From Azolla caroliniana (taxonomy: Eukaryota; Plantae; Polypodiophyta), in contig JBHGNT010000003.1 in NCBI GenBank assembly GCA_043228905.1, forward strand, positions 10,726,001 through 10,790,000: DNA of 64,000 nt. The letters are read 5' to 3'. The notes beneath the pieces were generated by a model, which saw only the letters and a program-made list of their open reading frames with translations, did no database searches and was not told the DNA's origin. A program made the position numbers and the translations under genes. Shown in pieces: positions 1-9,587 of this stretch (within the stretch, counting starts at the first letter, position 1; each line of letters opens with the position of its first letter).

Positions 1-29
1 GCAATCCGAACACCACCTGTTTCGATTGC

Positions 30-62
30 AACACCGGGTCATTTGAAACAGGTAATATGTCG
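30..62 (+). repeat. Left terminal inverted repeat (33 bp)
   Basis: Exact reverse complement of 7630-7662. Shared subterminal motif ACGAYGCATGCGTA at 130-143 and, inverted, at 7559-7572. Confidence 0.95.
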
Positions 63-794
63 TATTCTCTTTTGGCATAGTTGGCCAGATGTAGAAAAGT
101 ACCCTATTTTAGCCTGATATCGAAAATATACGATGCATGCGTACCCCTTTTGCGACTTGATGGTTAAATATAGAACAAAAAAAACCTAGCAATTACGAAA
201 TTGTATATGTGTCCACATTCGTGTCAATTTGCATATCATGGAGCACACAATTGAAGACTTGGTTCAATATAAAGTTCTAAAATTGGTATCCATATTCAAA
301 TTGTAGAGTAAAACTACATAAACCGTAATTATAAATATGTGGTTTTGGGTTTAGGAATAAAGTAGTACCCCACTTGTTGGACGGGTATATCGATAGTTTC
401 ATTGTATAATGTCATATAGTTCATGACAATGTAATTGGTAAGAGTAACAATTACGTACGACATTCATTTATACTATGTGGAACCAGTAGACTTGAACCGT
501 AGGTAACTAAAAACCTCTTATTATCAAAAACATTCGCCTTTTCATATACAGTCATGCTAACGGAAATGAGAAATTACAATATCATGTTAATATCTCAAAC
601 TGAAGAAGAGCATGGTGACCAATTATATGTAAATACAAACAACGGTTCCAATAATGATTAAAAAGGGAAATTATGAACATGTGAATTTAATTAAATGATA
701 AACAATTATAGATGTTCTCATATACAAATATAATATGAAGTGATGGTGAACATTATGCCTCAAAATCCTCAATTTTTACATTACGCCATCTACA

Positions 795-3700
795 TCAATC
801 TATAAGCAAATCAGGCAGAGCAGGCTCCTCTGGCGCTGATTGTTCTAGACTGTTTTCATTCGTGTCATCTCCAAGCTCTCCCGAATCTGATGTATGGTCA
901 AACTGTGCTACATCTTCCAGGTCCAGCAGCTCCCCTGCTTCTTCATCAATTGGTTCCATTGGTTCTCGTGAAGTCATCTAGAACATCTCTGTCTCGTTGA
1001 TGTGTTTTGCTCCGACTTCTTGATCCTGATCTGGACAGTCCCAGATTCCTGTGATCCTCATTTTGATGAAGTTAACTTCAGCAGGGTCCTTCTCCAATGC
1101 AACACAGTTTCTAAACATCTTCAATGCACAAGTTGTCGTTGTACCTAATGGTCGCATGAACACAAACAAGTATATATAAGAAGTAACGTCTTCAACTTGA
1201 TAGACAAGATTGAAATTAAATATATATATTATACCTGTGCCAGAGAACAAGTCTAGGACCCAATCATCTGGATTCGAGAAGAGCTCTATGAGGCGGTTGA
1301 TCAATCTTTGAGGTTTTTGATAAGGGTTCACCATACTTTTATCCCCTGACACATGTCTTAATTTTTTGGTTACAGCTGGGCACATGATGTAGTTAACCAC
1401 GTTACGCTCATTGACATGTGCTCTAGCCTTCTTCTTTGTAATTGAATCATAGTAGCCCACACAAAAATGTTCGACTACACTAACCATTCGATCGCCAGGG
1501 CTACGTGTAATATTTGTTTTGATCCTATAGAGAAAGAAAATCAAGTATTAGAGGTGTAAATGTGTACATATAATAAGAAGTACTGTAATGAGTAAAAGCG
1601 AACTATAACGCACCCATGCATGTGTTCAGTGGCATGACAACGGGACTTCAAAGCTGTTGTGACTGACAGTGATTGCCCTATGCTATGAAATATGACTATC
1701 CTCCACAAGGGGGCCAATGTCAGTTCTGCGAAATCCTTTACCATTTTCTCGATCTGAGGGTACTTGAAAGGCACATCATCATATGTTGATCCCGCAATAC
1801 GGAAACCATATGGTATGTCAGCTATCAGCAAAGTGTAGTGCCTTCTCAGTAACAATTCGAGCATCTGGGATACTTCGCCATTGAAAACACTATAATGAAG
1901 TTGTTTGAAAGGATCGGACCTATGCAAAAAACTCTTTACAGTCTCTGAATCCTCGGGCGGTTCCATTTCCTTCCCTTTGGTCATTCTCTTCTCATATTTC
2001 ACACGTTCTAAGTGCGTGATGAAGGCCGCTGGAATATCGTCATTATTGTCATTGTTTTTTTTTATTTTGATGGTTTCTGCAAGTGTCATTGTTGTTAGCA
2101 GGGAACATTACTTTCTAACATATCAACATTCAAAAGACACATACCCATTCTCTAAATACAATAAAATATTCCTCCAATGCCTTGTAGGAAGAAGTTATCG
2201 GGCAGGCTTGTTCAACTTCTTCCCATGTCGGTAAACTCAGTTTTTGCATCATCAACTCCTGAATCTTCATGTATACCTTGTGACTGCACAATCAATATGA
2301 AATTAGAAATAAGATATTCAAAATAATTGAAGACTTTCATGAAAAGGTATACTATAAACACTTACTTTTGCAAGTCTGTTACCATCTCGTCCAAACTAAA
2401 TTCCTTGGCGACCACTCGAGATAGCACGGATATTAACAATCTATCATCTTTGATACCTTGTAATGATCTCCAAGGTAAAAGTTTCATGTCCTCTGGTAAC
2501 TCCTCGATTACCAAGTCGCTTTTTCCCTTGGTCTTTGATTTCATCTCAACTTGTGGATCAATTCTTCCCTTTTTTGATCTTTGCCCCTTGACTTCTTTCC
2601 GCTCCCACATAGAGAATATTTTGCCTTGGAGATCCCACACCTCTCCGGTCCGAAAAGCTAGTTGAAACCAAGAATCCTATTTTTGGAGACCTTCGGATTT
2701 CGTACTCTCATCCACTGCAATCCCTACTTCCAATAAACATTGACGTCGCAATCCAGGCCACAATCTTGAACCAAAACGATTCAAGGCATCGAGGTATTCA
2801 TGATGAAAAAATCTTATCCTCTCTATACATGACATCTTTTGCCTATAATCGTTGTCATTGTTATGGTCCCATGCGAGCAGCTTCACCTCCTCGTGAGTTA
2901 GTCCTGCATATACCTTACATTCGGCGTATTTGAAGAACGGCGTGAGAGGATATTCTTTGACAAGCTGTCATCGAGCTTCGGCCGAATGTGATCCTCCGAT
3001 TACATAGTATGTGTAATCGTCTGCAGAGCTATACTTGAAATATGCTACTGTTGGGCATTGTTCTTGATCAACCATTACCAAAAATGGCACCACAGTAGCG
3101 TGAGGATTGATTTTCATTTTGCTTTTCAGGTTTTGCACATGGACGGAGTGTGGCTCCCTAATTTCCAAGGGACGTCTTCCAGTCACGGGGTCAATGGGGG
3201 GCCTTTGGATAGAAGTAATGGGCAAATGAAATAGCTGGCCCCTGCGCACAAGTTTAGTCTTCACAATATTTTCTCTTATTTTATTTTGTTCTGACGTCAG
3301 GACACCAGAAGATAGTTGTCCGCCTAGAGCCACGACGTCGACTTGTTGGTCGTCTTCTTCTTCCACGAACTCTAATATTTCTTCTTCTTCTTCTTCGGGT
3401 CGTGGTCGTTTAGTATATTTCTTTTGAACAGGATTTGTCTTCCTAGACTTTATCGGTGGAGTTTCTGCTTCACCGGTCATCATCTCTCCTGTCACGTACG
3501 GCCGAAGAGCTACCAACAAGTTATTTTTCGTTTGCAGGTCTTTACGCAAAGCCTTGGGATTGCAAGATTCGGGTACTAGGTTTCCCTCATCAAGTCGCAA
3601 TCGCCTGTCGCCAACTGAGCTCGAGACGTCGATTAAAATACATGTAGAATCAATGTCTTCGTACTCTAGCTTGGTTACATGCCCGTAATGAAATGTTTTT

Positions 3701-4365
3701 CCAAGCTGAAGTTTCCCTTCCCCGTCCAATTTTGCCGTTATCAATAACAACACCCCATCCACCTCGACATAAGAGAGACACCATTCAAGTTCGGGGTAAT
3801 CCTTATATTTCACCTCAACCGTTTTCTCCTCTTGCGTACTACCTTTGTTGATTTTGGTAGTAGCCACAGATGACTTGGATCCTCCTTCCCCCGTTGAGTC
3901 AAATAAATTCTTTTTACTCGTGTCCTTTATGAAGGAGCCAGAATCTCGTTTTGTCGGAGATCGAATCTTCAATCTAAATGAAGGAACTTGTTGTCTGGGT
4001 TCACTGAAATTAAAAACGTTGGTGAAAACATAGAAACAACGTACAATTTCATCTAAATCACGCAAATTATCATTTAAATTACGTCAATTTTATGGTCCCA
4101 TGCGATAGTTTTTTATCGCAAAAACAACATTTTTTTCAACCAAAATCCGATGCAGTGCATCGGATTTCGTCCTTCAACCAAAATCCGATGCTCTGCATCG
4201 GATTTTGGTTGAAGGTCCTGGCTTTCAGAATTGCTTTCCAAGTTCGTTGTACAAAATAAAATAAAATTTCTATGTGTTGAGGAAAGGAATCTTTAAGGAA
4301 TCTTTAGGAATCTTACAAAATGTAATGAATATTACTAACCTGACGATTTTCTTTCCCTTGTTCAT
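795..4365 (-). pseudogene. Spliced ParB/Srx-like domain plus beta-class N6-adenine/N4-cytosine DNA methyltransferase fusion (transposon cargo, ~970 aa, disrupted)
   Basis: Inferred exons: 4365-4340, 4003-2366, 2283-2145, ~2076-1614, 1524-1235, 1144-795, with GT-AG introns. Phases are compatible except the exon 3/4 junction beside a poly-A run. Motifs: ParB-like YYVIGGSHSAEAR; catalytic LLIADIPYG; NPYQKPQRLINRLIELFSNPDDWVLDLFSGTG|TTTTCALKMFRNCVALEKD. In-frame stops at 2968-2970, 2677-2679 and 978-980. Confidence 0.85.
4135..4215. repeat. Tandem pair of palindromes ATCCGATGC-N3-GCATCGGAT
   Basis: Hairpin 4171-4215 has perfect 21-bp arms (CCTTCAACCAAAATCCGATGC-TCT-GCATCGGATTTTGGTTGAAGG). A second copy lies at 4143-4167. 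Both are in predicted intron 1 of the MTase gene. Confidence 0.9.
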
Positions 4366-4662
4366 GGTTCGTGCCGGAGGTAGTGCTGTCCACGATGTGC
4401 TTCTGAGTGCTCGAAAATTGGCTTGTGCTCTGAGCTCGATGGATTCTTTCACGTGATAATGAAAATGAAATTTCTAACCTCCTTATAGAGAAGACTTTAG
4501 CATTCTTTTTAAAATAAAAAATAATTTTTAATTATTTGTTTTTTAGGAAAATTTCGGAAAATAATATAGTTAATCTAAGTGTTCGGGTAGTTATATAGTT
4601 AGGCTTCAGCATTCCTTAATTTTCTCAAAAGAAGGTTTTAGAATACAGTTAGACTCCCTCAA

Positions 4663-7335
4663 ATGTCTTCTTCTACAAGTAGAACATCTCTTTTTTCTAT
4701 TGCCCCCTTTTCATTGTCAGATAACTCGTATTTCTCAATAGAAGAGTACGACCACAAAAAACATTCGCGGCTTAAACAGAAAAGTGTGGCTCCTAGTACT
4801 TCGAATTCTCTGTTTTCAATTGATCCTGTTGATGGCCCTCTTCATGCAAGCTTACAAGCGGACGATTCTTCGTCGATAGATAACATTAGCATTACTAAAC
4901 CTCTAGCATTTAAAAGAGTTCCTCGACAAGTTAGTGAAAAGAGATTTAATTTCTTATGTTCTGATCGTCAACTTCTATGCGACTTGAACAAATCGTGTTG
5001 TGCGAATCTCTGTCTATCAACTTATGGAAAGTCAAGGTTACGTGAAACACGACAAAAATACTTGTCGCTTAATGGGGAAGAGCAAGATACATTTCTTCTT
5101 TCGCATATGCAACTTAAATTGGATCACAAAGCAGGGCCTAATTCAACGCAAGTTGAATATTTCCTTGGACTATATACCAAGTGTTGTCGAGCAGCTTTTA
5201 AAATCACTCATAGCATTGGAAATATGCGACTGCAACGAGTTCAAGAGCGACTTGTGAAGGGCTCCTGGGTACAGTTCGATCAAAATGGTTCTGGATGTAA
5301 GGGTCAAATTGGGCAACAGCCAATTAGGTGGATGGAGGTATATTTTTCAAAGCAGTGCGAAGTTATGCCAACGACAGGAAGACTTCAATTGTCAGATAAC
5401 TTTACTCGAAGGGAAGTTTACCAATCGTACAAGGACGACATGTCTTCCGATGTTGAGCCTTACATACAATACAAGCATTTTAATCGACTATGGAGGTTAC
5501 AATTTAATAACGTGGTTATCCCACGAAAGGTGTGAATGGGAGTCTGCTCAATATGTGCGAGTTTAAAAAGTATGGCCAAGGGTGGAAAATCAGATGTAGA
5601 GATCAAGAATTACAAGAACCTGTTAAAAGAACATCGTGAAAGTCAGGCATTGGAACGTACTAAGGCTATGCATCACCGACAAAAAGCGTTTCAATCTCCC
5701 GAAAAGTATATGTGCATGATTATTGACGGCATGGATCAAAAGAAAACTTGTTTGCCACATTTTCAAAGACTCCCCAAGGATATTGGAGATGAGTGTCTCG
5801 TGCAAATGCATCTAGTGGGTTGTTTGACATACTGTCAAAATATAAGACCGCAAGTGTTCTTAACTTATCCTAATATCCACAATGACCCTAATCTTACTGT
5901 CACTATCATGCACAGGGTATTGCAATCATGGTCAGGTATACTCCCGCCAGTTCTATATGTGCAACTAGACAACACAGCAAGAGAGAATAAGAACTCAACT
6001 GTCTTCGGCTATCTAAGCATGCTAGTAGAGAGGGGCATATTTAAAAAGATAAAGGTTAACTTCTTGTTGGTTGGTCATACCCATGATCACATAGATCAAA
6101 TGTTCAGTAGGTTCTCAAAGAAACTTGCTCGTTGTAATGCTTTCACACTTCCCACGCTATCCAAATTGATTAGTGAAGCATATACACCAAAGCCTGAAGT
6201 ACAACACTTGGAAGAAGTATACGACTTTAAACGTTTCTGCATGGATAGTGACAGGACTAAAGGTAGGGTGCTTGCACCTCTTAATAATATAAGTTTCAAC
6301 CATGTCTTCCTCATAAAACAAAGATCGGCCCACCTGAAGATGACGGTGTTGTTTGCGAAACAATACTCATCTAGTGCACAATGGGAGCCCCAAGAAGGTT
6401 GTAGGCTCCTTCTTCATATCCCAGATGAACCTCTACATGGTGCACAACAAATTCCATATGATGATCGTAAAAATGTAGCACCAAATAGTACTATTGATGA
6501 ACAAAGGGCATATTGGTTGAGATGTCTAGCAGAGAAACAAAATAATATTGATCGGACTAAGAAGTATGCCGGTGATGAGGATGTTGAATGGTGGGAGATT
6601 TTCTTCACCCATCAACGCACCATTTTAGATAATTACATTGCCGGTTTATGGCCAATCCGTATCCCATTCACATGGAACATTGGGATGACATCAACGATAT
6701 CGCAGACTCATCACCAACAATCGAATAATATGGAGCTTCATGATTTAGTTCGGCCACTGCAAAGAGATATTTATGTGGGACCAAGAAAGTCACGTACTGT
6801 TGAGGCAAGATGGCAAGGTAATTTGCAAGGACTACAAGTGGGAATGTTGGTTGCAACATTAGCAGGGGACGATACCTTGGGCCATCCATTTTGGCTTGCA
6901 AAAATTATTGAATTAGTAAGGGATGAAGAAAGTAGTCAGACAAAGTCAATAGTAGTCCATTGGTATCAGACAAATTCAACTGATGCATTTACAGGAAAGT
7001 ATTCTTTAGAGATGGTTAAGGATGTCGGATGTTCAAGCAGAAAGAGACGAAGAAAGAATATACCGAGCACGGCTACTCTCGCACTAGACCGTGTTGACAT
7101 ACTAGTATATGACTTCTCATTGACAAAATCAGGTCATCTAAGACAAGCAACTATCAAGATAATAAAGGAGAAAATCCCAAACATGGTGTCAAACGAAATA
7201 CAGAGAATAACCAGAAGCAATTCTCATAACCACAAAGATGTTGGGTTGGAATTGGATGAGGATAATGCTTTGATTGCCACTGATGATGAGGATGAGACGT
7301 CAGAATGCTCTTCTAGTCCATCAGACATGTCTTAA
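4663..7335 (+). pseudogene. Sola-like DDD transposase (DUF7869-type RNase H fold), ~890 aa, one in-frame stop
   Basis: ORFs 4663-5535 and 5536-7335 are in one frame, separated by a single TGA at 5533-5535 (likely CGA>TGA). Cys-rich N-terminus (CCANLC..CCRAAF), CxxC, and motifs IIDGMDQ, QLDNTARENKN, FLLVGHTHDHIDQMFS. C-terminal FWLAKII..VVHWY beta domain. Lies between TIRs. Confidence 0.85.
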
Positions 7336-7629
7336 TATATTGGTTTGGTTCAAGTTGGGGATTGTTTTACTACATGATCGGAAACTTTGTAAATTTGTTT
7401 TGGATGTAAACTCACGAATATGTATAATTGTAATTGGTAGACATGTTGTACATTATTTTGTAATTTTGGTGATGTATTTTTGGAGGCATTTTACTTATGA
7501 CTCAAAGTGGTAGTCATGTTGAAATTCAATATATTTTGCCACCTTTTCTGAAAAGCTTTACGCATGCGTCGTGTCTTTTTGAAAACTGCGTGCTTTTGTG
7601 CCCTTTTTCGACGTAGTGTTCTCATAATG

Positions 7630-7662
7630 CGACATATTACCTGTTTCAAATGACCCGGTGTT
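7630..7662 (-). repeat. Right terminal inverted repeat (33 bp)
   Basis: Exact reverse complement of 30-62, followed by TSD TTGC. Confidence 0.95.
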
Positions 7663-9587
7663 TTGCAGGTATTGATGCCGTTGATAGTTGACGTGGCCTA
7701 TCCGCTTGCGGTGCCACCGTCACTAGAGTCGAGGATAAACATCCTCTCGTCTTTGCGCCCTTGTGCAATAACTCGGCCTTCTTCCTCGATGAAGCACCCG
7801 AGATGTGTAAACTGAACCTGCATCCCTTGGTCAACGATCTGTCCGATCGACACCAGGTTCTTCGTGATTGTTGGAGCGTGTAACACGTTCATGAGTTTCC
7901 CTTTCTGCCCAACATGGCTCAAGGGGAACTTCACCGACATTCCTGATCGGATGCGGAGTGTCGTCTCCGGTTGCGACTAATCCTGGTTGCATCGGTTTCT
8001 CAAGGTATGAGAACCACTCCTTGCGGCACGTCATGTGGTTTGATGCGCCGGAGTCGACGTACCACACCTCGTCTGATGTCGGGGTGGACTTCTTCATCGA
8101 GTTCACTTCGTGTCTCTTCATGAAGGCTAACCCTTTTTCAGCTTTTCTAGATCCTTCTGCATAGTGCGATCGTTGCCGATTACCCTTGTTGGTTTGTTCG
8201 GAACCTGATCCAGATCCGGTCCTTCCTAAATCGGCCCGCTTCTTCCAGCAGTCACTCTCCTTGTGGCCTTTCTTGCCACAGTACCAGCATTTCGCGGCGG
8301 ATTTCTCTTGTCGGTTCTCGTCGCCTCAACTCCCCCTGTTTCCGAAGGGTCCGGAATTGTTGTCGACATCACTTCGGTGCCTTCTTCCTCGGTTCCGTCG
8401 GTCGCTTCCATTGCACACAAACTCGCCTCGTCCGCCACGACCACGGGGCCTATCTCCCTCCATGTACAACATCTTGTTGTCGGCATGCATGCTCATTGAC
8501 GCATCCGCGTGGTTCTCCTCTATAATGAGCATCGACTGGAGGTTGAAAAACGACGGCGTATTCTCCCATGTACACACAGCAGTTCGGAATGCTCCGAACT
8601 TCGATGCCAGTCCCCCGAGACAGATCTGCACCATCTCGGCTTCCTCGACGTTCACATCGATGGAGGCTAAGGAGTCGCATATCTCTTTGATCTTCGAGGT
8701 ATAATTAGCCATTGACAAGTCCCGTTGTCGTAAGTTGCTCAGCTCTTGTCGGAGTTGAAGCTTCCGGGTTGTGGGGCTTGTGTTGAAAATCTTCTTCAGG
8801 TTTCCCCAAGCATCTTTTGGCGTTTTCGCATCCCGAATGTAGCTTAGAAGTTGTTCGCCCACACAAGACGCGAAGTAGTAGAGGACCCTCCTCGCCGACT
8901 ATTCCCATGCCGGGAAATCTCTGTGTGTCGAATCGAGTTTTGTGTCATTTGCTCCGTCAACGTAGCTCTAGTAACCGTGCCTAAGCAGGTACTAGTGCAT
9001 CTTTTAGGACCAAGACGCGTAGTTATTTCTGTCGAGCTTCTCGATCGGAAGCGAGCTAGCCATGCCTCTATCCATTTTGTTTTTCATGTTCTTTATGAAG
9101 ATTAGGTTTTCTTCTTTGAGCTAAGGTCAGCTGCAGAGGTTCTCAACCCTCGTGCTCTGATACCATGTAAAAATAATAGCATGCAGAAGCAATAGAAAAC
9201 CGAACACAGAAACGCAGGTTTAATGGAGAGCTTGAATATACATAGTACGCGAGAGAGACAAAGAGAGAGAGAGAGAGTCAATACACATAACTCAATTCAA
9301 AAATAGTACTCAGTCTGTACAAAGAATGTGCTCAGTGAGCACTTTTATACAAGTCCATACAGACTAACAGAAGTACTGACACGTACTTCAATGCTCATAA
9401 CTGAGCTCTACACTAACTCCCAAAATATATTCCTACGCGGAATATCTTTCCAATGGCCTCGCAGTTAACGCACCGCTACAGCTTCTCATTGTGCACTGGT
9501 TTGGTCCAGCCTAACCGATCGATCCTAACCGATCTGGTTCTCTGCTTGCATAGCCGATCCGGCCAATGTTGAGCTTGTATCTCAATA
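7663..9587 (-). mobile_element. Ty1/copia family A, 5' part (5' LTR, PBS, gag, protease); continues at 1-29 and beyond the window start
   Basis: LTR 9166-9587. tRNA-Met PBS TGGTATCAGAGC at 9154-9165 (minus). Gag with CWYCGKKGHKESDC knuckle, protease WYVDSGASNHMT. Frameshifted. Confidence 0.92.

Larger units (their letters stand above)
30..7662. mobile_element. Complete TIR DNA transposon (Sola-like) carrying a transposase and a ParB-like/N6-N4 DNA methyltransferase cargo gene
   Basis: Perfect 33-bp TIR AACACCGGGTCATTTGAAACAGGTAATATGTCG at 30-62, with its reverse complement at 7630-7662. 4-bp TSD TTGC at 26-29 and 7663-7666. The flanks rejoin into copia pol sequence collinear with the related copy at ~28980-29043. 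Confidence 0.93.

Noticed and set aside
25-31. Alternative 5- or 6-bp TSD (TTGCA or ATTGCA/TTTGCA) for the DNA transposon
   Set aside because: These give asymmetric termini or a mismatched TSD. TTGC with AAC...GTT ends is fully consistent.
4135-4215. CRISPR-like repeat or miRNA precursor
   Set aside because: Only two units, no unique spacers and no cas genes. The hairpin is too short, with a 3-nt loop, to call a plant pre-miRNA without reads.
795-4365. Bacterial contamination or a restriction-modification operon
   Set aside because: The gene has GT-AG introns, lies within TIRs with a TSD inside a plant copia element, and has no restriction endonuclease partner.
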